34,866 nt of DNA, taken from positions 1 to 34,866 of the forward strand of contig CANQBU010000001.1 in assembly GCA_947589615.1 (NCBI GenBank). The letters are read 5' to 3'. The notes beneath the pieces are model-generated. The model did no database searches, was not told the origin of the DNA, and saw nothing but the letters and a program-made list of their open reading frames with translations. Source of the DNA: an uncultured Clostridia bacterium. GTDB taxonomy: Bacteria; Bacillota; Clostridia; Christensenellales; UBA1242. This document shows, piece by piece, positions 1-8,600 of this stretch (position 1 is the first letter of the stretch; every line of letters begins with the position of its first letter). The position numbers and the translations under genes were made by a program.

Positions 1-43
1 AACTGATGATAGATTTATTGCAAGCATAAACTATTAAAAAAAG

Positions 44-75
44 AAAGAATATCAATTTAGATATTCTTTTTTTTG
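44..75 (+). terminator. Rho-independent terminator of an upstream plus-strand gene lying outside the window
   Basis: Hairpin agaatatc (46-53) / gatattct (60-67) with a 6-nt loop. It is extended by A-T pairs and followed by a T-run (68-74). Confidence 0.55.
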
Positions 76-97
76 ACTTTGTTTAATATGATATTTT

Positions 98-958
98 ATG
101 AAAAAATTATCTTTTTTTATAATATTATTGTTTACAATGTCGTTTTTGGCGGGCTGCAATTTGAAAAAGGAGGTCACGCCTATTTCGGGCGAATATATTC
201 TTCTTGCGGTTAGCAATAATGGAAGTTCAATTTGTCAAAGTCTGCGTTTTGGCGTTGATAAAGAAAAAATGACAGAGATTTCTTCATCTTTAAAGGAAGA
301 ACTTGAATTTAGAAAGAGTTTAAAATCAAAAATCGAAACTTTGCGCAATGAAATATTGCTGTCTTTTGCTATTCTCTATCTGCAAAATCCAGTAAAGGAA
401 TATAGGCTTAATAGTGGCGTAATTCTTACAAATGTGGCATATGATGACAAGAACAGCTGCTTTGGATTTGATGTTGTCTTTACTTCCCTTGCGGCGTGGA
501 ATTATTATCACCAAAGCGAAAAGGAAGAAGGGAAAAAAGGAGGATTTTTTATAGATAGACAGGTAAGCCGCGGCACTTTTCCTTTTTCGGTGAAAATGAA
601 GGAAGAAAATATTTTTGTTGGGGAAAGATATAAAAATGTGTTTTTAAGTGCACTTTCTGGCTTTTCTTTTGAAGAGAAACTTAAAAATGAGTATTCGCCT
701 CAATATCTCTATCTTTATTCTACTCCTTATGGGAAAATTAAATCAGATGCCACTTATACCTATAGAGGAAAAGAAAATCTTTATCATCATCTTTGGGTAA
801 AGGAAGATTTAAAAGAAAATGATACAATTTTGCTTAAGGTGACTTCAATAAACTACGGCATGTGGATTTTAATGGTGCTTGTGCTTTCCTTAACTGGTAT
901 GGCAATCGGAATAATTATTGTCATAACTCACAGTAGAAGAAAGAAAAATTTACTTTGA
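98..958 (+). CDS. Putative lipoprotein with an additional C-terminal TM segment; function unknown
   Basis: 286-aa ORF. N-terminus MKKLSFFIILLFTMSFLAGC is a signal peptide with lipobox L-A-G-C. C-terminal hydrophobic stretch MWILMVLVLSLTGMAIGIIIVI is followed by RRKK. No family recognised. No Shine-Dalgarno (SD) sequence upstream of the ATG. Confidence 0.65.
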   Translation: MKKLSFFIILLFTMSFLAGCNLKKEVTPISGEYILLAVSNNGSSICQSLRFGVDKEKMTEISSSLKEELEFRKSLKSKIETLRNEILLSFAILYLQNPVKEYRLNSGVILTNVAYDDKNSCFGFDVVFTSLAAWNYYHQSEKEEGKKGGFFIDRQVSRGTFPFSVKMKEENIFVGERYKNVFLSALSGFSFEEKLKNEYSPQYLYLYSTPYGKIKSDATYTYRGKENLYHHLWVKEDLKENDTILLKVTSINYGMWILMVLVLSLTGMAIGIIIVITHSRRKKNLL

Positions 959-988
959 AAAATATGTGTGATGTGATATACTATCTCC

Positions 989-1117
989 ATGAAAAACATC
1001 TTAGAGATAGAAGGACTGGAGAAAAGTTTCAAAGAAGTCAAAGCGGTTGACCGGATTTCCTTTCGCAAGGAAGAGCTTTTTGCATTTATGGGATTAAATA
1101 ATAGGAGGATAAAATGA
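989..1117 (+). pseudogene. N-terminal remnant (42 codons) of an ABC transporter ATP-binding protein, broken at the Walker A position
   Basis: Own translation: MKNILEIEGLEKSFKEVKAVDRISFRKEELFAFMGLNNRRIK*. It parallels ABC ATPase N-termini (compare the 3345 gene: ...KDGEIFGFLGKNGAGKST) but diverges where G-x-N-G-x-G-K should be. Its TGA overlaps the NUDIX ATG (ATGA at 1114-1117). Confidence 0.45.
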
Positions 1118-1527
1118 GAGTTAGTTCAAGAGCAATAATCATTGAAAATCAAAAACTATTAACGATGTTTAGAAGAAAATATAGCGAAGGAAAATGGAAA
1201 GAATATTATGTTATTCCCGGCGGCGGGAAAGAAGAAGGTGAGGCATTGGAGGAAAATGTGGCTCGGGAATTGAAAGAAGAAATGAATGTTGATATAAAGG
1301 TATTGAAGTTTTTGGGTAAACATCAAGACGGAAATAGAGAGGACAACTATTTTCTTTGTGAAATTGTTTCGGGCAAGCCAAAACTTGGCGGTGAGGAACT
1401 TGAACGCATGAGCGATGAAAATTACTATGAGCCAAGATTTATTGAGATTGCAAGCCTTGACGAGTATGATATAAACTGCAAGGATTTAATTTTGCAGGCG
1501 GCAAAAATGCTGCAGGAAAAAGATTAA
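1114..1527 (+). CDS. NUDIX hydrolase
   Basis: 137 aa. Clear Nudix box GGGKEEGEALEENVARELKEEMNV (GX5EX7REUXEEXGU). SD AGGAGG lies 6 nt upstream. Confidence 0.9.
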   Translation: MRVSSRAIIIENQKLLTMFRRKYSEGKWKEYYVIPGGGKEEGEALEENVARELKEEMNVDIKVLKFLGKHQDGNREDNYFLCEIVSGKPKLGGEELERMSDENYYEPRFIEIASLDEYDINCKDLILQAAKMLQEKD

Positions 1528-1570
1528 AGCAATAAAAAAGAACAAATTAAATTGTTCTTTTTTTATTGCT
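1528..1570. terminator. Bidirectional hairpin terminator between convergent genes
   Basis: Perfect inverted repeat agcaataaaaaagaacaa / ttgttcttttttattgct (18 bp, 7-nt loop). A/T runs on both sides let it work on either strand. AT-rich stem. Confidence 0.6.
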
Positions 1571-1639
1571 CAAAAGGTATTTTTTTAAGTCAATTTTTAA
1601 GAAAAAAATGGATTTTTGCGATTTTTTTGCTAAATTTTG

Positions 1640-2218
1640 CTAATTTTCGCTTTTAAACTTTAAATATGCTTTTTTGCAGGAAAAATCATCGCCAAGATTT
1701 AATTCCAATGTTTTCAACATGGATATCATTTTTTCTCTTTTTTCTAGACTATTTAAATCTTTCATGCTTTCATTTTCTTCAAACTCTATAAAAATGCCAA
1801 GATTGTCGACGACTTGTAAATCAATTTCAAAATCTTCCTTTTTATAGAGGCGGTTTTTGTCAGTGATTTTGCACCATTCGGTCAAACCGGCACGAGACAA
1901 AATCTTTCTTGCTTTTTCTATATCATCTATTTCCACACTGAATTTTTCTTCACTAACGACGTTTTCATCTGTATCAAATTCCTTTTTCTTATAGATAAAC
2001 TGTTGTTGATTTTGATTGCCAATGCATTGTCGCAAAAGCAGAGAATTGCTCATAATTTCAGAAAAATTCATGTTTTTTAACTGTTTTTTGTTGAATTTTG
2101 AGAAATAATAGTCATTTAATGTCCATTTTTCTATCAATTCAAATCCATTTTTGCTTAAAATGCTTACGGTTTCTTCAAGAGAATTTAAAACCTGCACGGT
2201 AACTTCGGTTTTTTGCAT
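1640..2218 (-). CDS. CYTH-like (triphosphate tunnel metalloenzyme / CyaB-like) domain protein with a degenerate EXEXK motif
   Basis: I place the start at MQKTEVTVQV (2218) because AAAGGAG lies 5 nt upstream; the ORF-track start at 2239 has no SD. The layout resembles CYTH domains: beta-strand start TEVTVQV, then DYYF, LLLR, IYKKK, VEIDD, and DLQVVDNLGIFIEFE near the C-terminus. The canonical E-x-E-x-K reads E-V-T-V-Q. Confidence 0.5.
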   Translation of the reverse strand: MQKTEVTVQVLNSLEETVSILSKNGFELIEKWTLNDYYFSKFNKKQLKNMNFSEIMSNSLLLRQCIGNQNQQQFIYKKKEFDTDENVVSEEKFSVEIDDIEKARKILSRAGLTEWCKITDKNRLYKKEDFEIDLQVVDNLGIFIEFEENESMKDLNSLEKREKMISMLKTLELNLGDDFSCKKAYLKFKSEN

Positions 2219-2228
2219 TTTTACTCCT

Positions 2229-3083
2229 TTAAAGGGCATTTAGTATTCGCTCTTTGTAATCTTTTTTATATCGTTCGATGCTTTCAAGCAATTTTTCTTT
2301 TGTGATAAACCCTTGTCTGTAAAGGTCAAGTTCAATGCAGCCATAAGGACCATAATTTTCTTCAAATTCCTTTATGACTTGCGAACACTCCAAAAGAGAG
2401 TCAAAAGTTCCGGTGTCAAACCATTTACATTCCTTTGGCAATTTGATGTTTTTGCCCTTTCCTTCACTTATAAAAGACGAAAGAACATCTGTCATTTCAT
2501 ATTCGCCACGCTCCGAAAGTTGAAGATTTTCAAGTTTTTGGGCGGTTTCTTTTGAATAAATGTAAAGTCCAGTTCCTATTAGATTGGTCTTAGGGTGAGC
2601 GGGCTTTTCTTCCATTGCCACAACTTTGTCGTCCTCGCATTCTACCACGCCAAATCGTTCGGGGTCTTTGACGGGTAAGACAAACATGCATGTGCCAGTG
2701 TTTTTCTCAATGCCTTCCTTTACAAGTTTTTCCATTCCGTCCATAACAAAAATATTGTCGCCAAATAGTAGCAAAAAGTCTTCATTTTTAATAAAGTCTA
2801 TTGCACATTTTACGGCGTCAGCCGTCCCTTTTGGACTTTTTTGCACAAAAAATTGAAAATTTAGCCCTAAATTTGTAAATTTTTCATCAAAAAGTGCTTT
2901 ATATAGTGCTAAATCGCTTGGACTGCAGATAAGGGCGATATCGGTTATTCCGCTTTTAACAAGTAGGCTTACTCCATAATAAATCATTGGTTTGTCGTAA
3001 ATTGGAACTAGCGCTTTTCCATAAACTTCTGTTATAGGTTTAAGACGTGTTGCACCGCCGGCAGTCAATATAACTCCTTTCAT
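2229..3083 (-). CDS. rmlA: Glucose-1-phosphate thymidylyltransferase-like sugar nucleotidyltransferase (RmlA family)
   Basis: Start at MKGVILTAGGATRLKPIT (3083) with GAAAAAGGAG upstream. RmlA-like motifs: G-G-x-x-T-R-L, VPIYDKPMIYY, GDNIF, DPERFGVVE, EEKPAHPKTNLIGTGLYIY, WFDTGTFDSLLE. The 47-codon upstream extension in the ORF track is AT-rich promoter DNA. Confidence 0.82.
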   Translation of the reverse strand: MKGVILTAGGATRLKPITEVYGKALVPIYDKPMIYYGVSLLVKSGITDIALICSPSDLALYKALFDEKFTNLGLNFQFFVQKSPKGTADAVKCAIDFIKNEDFLLLFGDNIFVMDGMEKLVKEGIEKNTGTCMFVLPVKDPERFGVVECEDDKVVAMEEKPAHPKTNLIGTGLYIYSKETAQKLENLQLSERGEYEMTDVLSSFISEGKGKNIKLPKECKWFDTGTFDSLLECSQVIKEFEENYGPYGCIELDLYRQGFITKEKLLESIERYKKDYKERILNAL

Positions 3084-3129
3084 ATTTTCTCCTTTTTCTG
3101 TGTTTTCAATAAGCACATAAATCTTTTTT

Positions 3130-3157
3130 ATTATATCATAATAAGTATTAAAATCAA
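3130..3157 (-). promoter_or_regulatory. Sigma-A-type promoter for the rmlA-like / CYTH-like operon
   Basis: Minus strand reads TTGATT, 16-nt spacer, TATAAT, with an extended -10 (TGaTATAAT). It lies about 45 nt upstream of the ATG at 3083. Confidence 0.5.
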
Positions 3158-3284
3158 AATGTTTAAAACGAACTTGGTCTTGCTTGATATAAATATGTAT
3201 GAAAATGTGTAAAATAGTATGCAAGATAAAAATTTTAGTTATAAATAGTAATAAAAAAATAATATATGCATATATGAAAAGGTA

Positions 3285-3314
3285 TTGACAAGAATATATA
3301 TTATTTGATATAAT
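3285..3314 (+). promoter_or_regulatory. Sigma-A-type promoter for the ABC / giant surface protein operon
   Basis: TTGACA (3285-3290), 18-nt spacer, TATAAT (3309-3314), preceded by TGa (extended -10). It lies 30 nt upstream of the ATG at 3345. Confidence 0.65.
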
Positions 3315-3344
3315 ATATACGCCTATGGCTTAAAGGAAGAATTT

Positions 3345-4061
3345 ATGCTTACTATCAAAAATTTAAATAAAAAATATAAAAGTAATGAAAGATATTCTGT
3401 CAAAGATTTGAGTTTAACACTTAAAGACGGAGAAATTTTTGGCTTCCTAGGGAAAAATGGTGCGGGCAAAAGCACGACAATCAAATGTTTGACGGGGATT
3501 ATCCCTTTTGATAGTGGAGAAATCATCATTTGTGGTCATAATTTGAAAAAAGACCCAATCGGTGCAAAAATGAATGTAGGTTATGTTCCCGACGATCATG
3601 CGGTTTATGATAATTTGACGGGAAGGGAATATGTCGTATTTATGGGGAATATTTACGGCGTTGAAAAGGAGACGATAGAAAAGAGAATTGAGACTTTTGC
3701 TCAACTTTTTTCAATGACAAAATTTTTGGACAAGCAAATAAGGTCATACTCTCATGGTATGAAACAAAAGATTTGTATTATGGCAGCCCTTATTCACAAT
3801 CCTAAATTTTGGGTTCTTGACGAGCCTCTTATGGGACTTGACCCTCAAAGTATCGCCGAAATAAAAGGTTATATGGTTGAGCATCGAAGACTGGGAAATA
3901 CTGTATTTTTCTCATCGCATAATATTGACATGGTTGAAAAGCTTTGCGACAGAGTGGGTATAATGCATAATGGTCAACTTCTTGAAGTAATTGATGTCAA
4001 ACAGTTCCTTGCCACTGGGCAATCACTTGAGGATTATTTTTTAAATCTTACAAATAATTAA
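3345..4061 (+). CDS. ABC transporter ATP-binding protein
   Basis: 238 aa. Walker A GKNGAGKST, Q-loop region, signature variant YSHGMKQK, Walker B FWVLDEP, H-loop SSHN. SD AAAGGAAG. Confidence 0.93.
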   Translation: MLTIKNLNKKYKSNERYSVKDLSLTLKDGEIFGFLGKNGAGKSTTIKCLTGIIPFDSGEIIICGHNLKKDPIGAKMNVGYVPDDHAVYDNLTGREYVVFMGNIYGVEKETIEKRIETFAQLFSMTKFLDKQIRSYSHGMKQKICIMAALIHNPKFWVLDEPLMGLDPQSIAEIKGYMVEHRRLGNTVFFSSHNIDMVEKLCDRVGIMHNGQLLEVIDVKQFLATGQSLEDYFLNLTNN

Positions 4062-4077
4062 CAAAAGAGGAAAAATT

Positions 4078-5682
4078 TTGGGTAAATTTAAGGCACTGTT
4101 AAAATTTGAGTTTATGTCAAATTCGTCGCGATTTAAGGACGAAAAACTTTTTTCGCGTATACAAAAGATTTTCTTTGCGATAATCGGTCTGCTGTTTTTG
4201 GAGCTTATTTTTATATATGCAGTAAATACAATCATGCGAGTTTTTATAAGCGAAAATATGGAGCATGAGTTTATCACTATATTTTCATTGTTTATGATGC
4301 TTTTGCATTTGGTGGTTGGGGTAACAATGTCGACAAAAATTCTCTACATAAAAGTGGACTTGTCTTTGCTTAAACTTCCTGTTAGCGGATTTAATGTGTT
4401 CTTTGCGAAATTTATATATATGTTTTTAAAGCAGCTTTTGTATTCACTTGTAATTTCTTTACCTATATTTATTCTTTTCGGAATAAAAACTGCTCAGGGT
4501 TTGCTTTATTGGCTTCTGCTTGTGCCCAATGTCATATTTTTGCCAGTAATTCCATTTTTACTTTCCTTGCTACTTTCCGTTCCAGTTATGTGGATAATTA
4601 AAATTTTTAAAAACAAATTTTTTATCTTGCTAGCATTTTATACGGTTTTACTGGTAATTGGATTTACTCTTTATATTTACGTGCTTAAGTTTATATTGAA
4701 TATTTTGGATAGCGGAAGCGTTGCAGATGTGTTTGATAGTTCAACTGTTTTGACAATCAGGCAGTTTTCATCATATTTATATTTACCGATGCTTTTCAAA
4801 AACAGTGTGCTGTTTTACAATTTTTGGAGAAGTGCGGTGATAAATCTTGCCATTGTAGCAGTGCTTGCTTTTGCAGTTTATATGTTTGCAGAAAAGAGTT
4901 ATTTTAATTTTATAATTTCAAGCAAAAATCAAAGCATATTCAAAAAGGAAACAAAAATTGTTCATCGAGAACAAGAAATTGCACTTATGTCAAAGGAATT
5001 TAAAAACATATTCCGTTCGACAAACTATGCATTTCAATATCTCACAGTGGTTATTACAACGCCTCTTATGGTTTATTTTTCAAGCACTATAGCTTCAAGC
5101 GTTGGGACGCCTGTCCTTGGCGCTGGTGTTTTGCCGGGAATCGTCGTATTAATTCTTATAATGTTTTTAAGTATGGGAACTTCTTTCTCTGCTACATCAG
5201 TCACAAGAGAGGGAAAGACTTTCTACCTTTCAAAGATAATGCCAGTAAGCTATACTAAACAAATTGCCATTAAATTCTTTATTTATTTGATAATTTCAAT
5301 ACCTGCGATATTTATTTCAACATTTATTTTGGCAATAGCGGGAATTCTTGGATATATACCTGCTCTGCTTATTGCGGTTTCACTTTCGTTTGTAATAGTG
5401 GGGAATATTTGCAATTCAATTTTAATGGACATAAAACGTCCTCAGTTTCAATATCTTGAAAATGGGGAGGTCGCAAGCAACAATAAAAACACTGCAGCTT
5501 CAATCGGAATTGGATTTATAATTTCATTTGTAATGGGCATCGGTGGAATAGTCCTTTCATTCTTTGTTTCGATTCCTTCAATGTATATGGTTCTTTTTGG
5601 CTTCGGTGTTCCATTCGCGGCAATAGAGATGTTCAGATTATTCCATCATTTGGAAAAGCGTTATGAGATGATAGAGGTGTAA
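4078..5682 (+). CDS. Polytopic membrane protein, putative ABC exporter permease partner
   Basis: 534 aa, TTG start with AGAGGA upstream, about 12 hydrophobic segments. It begins 16 nt after the ATPase gene and ends 2 nt before the next gene. No specific family motif recognised. Confidence 0.7.
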   Translation: MGKFKALLKFEFMSNSSRFKDEKLFSRIQKIFFAIIGLLFLELIFIYAVNTIMRVFISENMEHEFITIFSLFMMLLHLVVGVTMSTKILYIKVDLSLLKLPVSGFNVFFAKFIYMFLKQLLYSLVISLPIFILFGIKTAQGLLYWLLLVPNVIFLPVIPFLLSLLLSVPVMWIIKIFKNKFFILLAFYTVLLVIGFTLYIYVLKFILNILDSGSVADVFDSSTVLTIRQFSSYLYLPMLFKNSVLFYNFWRSAVINLAIVAVLAFAVYMFAEKSYFNFIISSKNQSIFKKETKIVHREQEIALMSKEFKNIFRSTNYAFQYLTVVITTPLMVYFSSTIASSVGTPVLGAGVLPGIVVLILIMFLSMGTSFSATSVTREGKTFYLSKIMPVSYTKQIAIKFFIYLIISIPAIFISTFILAIAGILGYIPALLIAVSLSFVIVGNICNSILMDIKRPQFQYLENGEVASNNKNTAASIGIGFIISFVMGIGGIVLSFFVSIPSMYMVLFGFGVPFAAIEMFRLFHHLEKRYEMIEV

Positions 5683-5684
5683 GA

Positions 5685-8600
5685 ATGAAGAAATTAATGT
5701 TCTTTTTAATGGTCGCCATACCGGTCTTGGTAATTTTGATTGTAAAACTTACGGCAAGTGTTGCCGTGGGTGACCTTTTTATATCTGTTGAAAGAATTGA
5801 AGTCAACAAGCCATCGGTTGAGCGCATGGTTGGAGACAGTGTCGACCTATCTTATACGATTTTCCCACAAAACGCAACCAATAAAGATGTGCTTTGGACG
5901 AGCAGCAACGAGCTTGCCGCCACCGTTGATTCGAACGGTCATGTTGAATTTATCGGAATCGGCTCGGGATATATTTCAGCGATTACGGTTGATGGAAATA
6001 TGAGAAGCCAATGCTCGTTCTATGTATGGGATACAAAAGTTCATGAGGTTAAACTTTTATATCCTCGCAAATATGTCTACCTCAACGACACACTACAACT
6101 TACTGCCCAAGTTCTTCCAAGCGAAGCATATAATAAAGATGTTATTTTTACCTCAGACAATGAAGATGTTGCCAATGTTGATACAAATGGTGTTGTCACT
6201 GGATTAACAGTGGGCTATGCAACAATCAAAGCTACATCAGTTGACGGACAGTTCACCGATGAAATAAACTTGTCGGTTATAAAGCCAGTTTCAGCACTTA
6301 TTGTAGAGGAAAAAGAAGTTATCACTTCATCTCAAAACGTTCAACTTCAGTATTTAATTGAGCCTGAAGATGCGACAAATAAAAATGTTACATTCGCTGT
6401 TGATAATCCCGAAGTTGCCGAGGTAAATCACCTAGGCATGCTGCACTTTAAAAAGCAGGGGGAAGTTAATGTGTCAATCGTCACTGAGGACGGCGATTTC
6501 AAACAAGTCATAAAATATGTTTATACTGGCGGATATGCTTATGACCTGATCGTAAATACGCCTACAATAAATAGGTTTGTTCAGTCAACACCGCTGCCAA
6601 TAGAATATCAAACTATTCCTGAATATCTCTCTCAGACAAAAGTTGAGTTCAGCTCAGATGATGAAAATATTGCCTATGTTGACGCAAATGGCTACCTGCA
6701 CGCAGTTAAGGGCGGAAGCACAGTTATAAGAATAAGGGTTAAAAAGAGCGAAGATGAAATAATTGAAAAACAAATTTATGTAAACATTGAAAGCCCTGCG
6801 ACGGGAATATCCATAGAAAATGGGGTGACTGCTGAAAAAGTGTTCATGCTAAATCCAAAGTCACTTCCAGAGGGTTCTACAAATTCATCATATTTTTATC
6901 ACATAGTAGAAGGTGATGCCACAGTTACTGAAGAAGGAGTTGTTATATTTAATTCATCGGAGCCATGCACTGCAAAAGTAAAAATATATGCAAATCAAGA
7001 TGAAAGCGATGTTTACACAACAGTAAATGTTACTTATACGGCTGGCAAAGCAAGCGCCTTTGAACTTATAGATAAAGAAATAACATTAAATTATGGTCAA
7101 TCGGTTTCTCTTAATTATTCATTCACCCCAAAAAATGCGACAATTAGACCAATGAATTTGGTTTTGAAGTCAAGTAATTCGCAAAATCCAGGAGGGGCTG
7201 TCGAAATTTTAGATGATGGAAGAATCCACGCAATAGGTGGCGGAAGTGCGATCGTTGACGTCAAATTCGTGCTTTATGACGGAAGCATTCAAGAAGAGCA
7301 ATGCTTAGTCACCGTTTTAAGAGAACCTTCTCTTATTGAAATAAACTTGGATCTTGAAAGTTATAAAGATCAATATATAACTTCTCGAAATGAGGTTGCC
7401 TTCTCGGGCAATGCAATGCCACTTGATGCCACAAGCAGAGACATCGAATGGTCGGTCAGCGACAAGACAATAGCATTTATAAGAGATAATAAGCTGCTTT
7501 TCAATAGAGTGGGGGTCGTCTCTCTGATAGCAACGATTGGAAAGTTGTCAAATTCAGTTGACATTTACTATGTTGGAACAAATCCGGTGTATGCTGAGGT
7601 TGTAGCAGTCAAAGATGGTGAGAGAACAGAAATCCCAGAAGTCATAATGGCGGGGGAAAGTTTTGAAGTTGAAATCTCAAACATTTTACCATCATTTGAA
7701 GTTAACCCTCCTTTATCCCTTCAAGCGACAAACCAAAAGACAATTCATCAATCAGGCAAAGCCCTTCAAATTGAAGGAAATAGAGTTACAGGTTTTGCGG
7801 GCGGAACAGCTATACTTGCCGTATACATATCAAACTCAATCAGATTAAATTATCCAATAACAGTTGTTAGAAAACCAGACAGCGTTTCAGTGCTTAATAA
7901 AAATACTCAAACGACTTCTCAAACATTCACTCTCATAAGCGAAGTTTTGCCATATGATGCGACAAATCAAAATGTCCGATATGAAGTTGAGGAAAGCGAA
8001 ATTGCTTCTGTTGAGGGCTCAATCTTGACATTTAAGAAAAACGGGGTTGTTCATATCACTGCAATTTGCGAGGATAACGAGAAAGCAAGATTTACATTCT
8101 TTATTGAAAAAATAGAGAAAAATACGGTTCATGTTCTTCCAACGCAAAGTGATATTACTGTTAATAAAGGCGATTTAATTGCTTTTGACATTGATGATAT
8201 AAGTGATATTCAAGTTGAACAAAGCACGCCAATTGTAGAAGGTGAAATTGTTGCCGAAAGGGAAGATAATTACTTGCGTGCACGCTCGGCAGGAATTGCT
8301 ACAATAGCGGTAACTGCGGGACAAAAAATATATAGATTTAATCTTACAATTCTACAGCTTGTCGAGGAAATTAAATTTACAAGTGATTTAGATATTGTTG
8401 ATGATGAATATGTCACAGGTAAAGATATTGTCGAGTTAAAATTTGATGTTAACCCAAGCTATGCGGTAAATAGAGAAATTGATATATCAATTATTCAATC
8501 GGTTTCTTCTGATGGTTATCAAAAAAACATTGCCTATATAAGCGGCGGAAAGATTTACTTTACAAATGCAGGTGAAGTCACCCTTCAAGTTGCATCAAAA

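Noticed and set aside
73-97. TTGACT at 73-78 as a -35 element for the lipoprotein gene.
   Set aside because: No acceptable -10 hexamer lies 16-19 nt away before the ATG at 98. The TTGACT overlaps the T-tail of the upstream terminator.
326-514. Short antisense or alternative-frame ORFs in the supplied track that lie inside larger genes. Examples: 326-514, 1211-1435, 2313-2555, 2626-2856, 3323-3529, 3447-3704, 5758-6207, 7370-7848, 8954-9591, 13969-15065, 16747-16944, 17735-18036, 18847-19713, 20679-22885, 23042-23248, 24163-24651, 25200-25560, 26017-26587, 27898-28083, 28619-29190, 29905-30353, 31471-31683, 31907-33562, 33683-34762.
   Set aside because: Each lies fully inside or opposite a long ORF with recognisable domains. 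They lack an SD and have Leu/Phe/Ile/Ser/Lys-rich low-complexity compositions typical of shadow ORFs in AT-rich DNA. None shows a family motif.
3084-3224. 47-codon N-terminal extension of the nucleotidyltransferase ORF (MHTILHIFIHIYIK...). The same applies to the extensions of other ORFs: 2219-2239, 18355-18372, 20552-20569, 24032-24130 and 25168-25194.
   Set aside because: The internal ATGs are preceded by good SD sequences and coincide with the conserved family N-termini (e.g. MKGVILTAGG). The extensions run through AT-rich promoter DNA and, in the 18372 case, through the -10 element itself.
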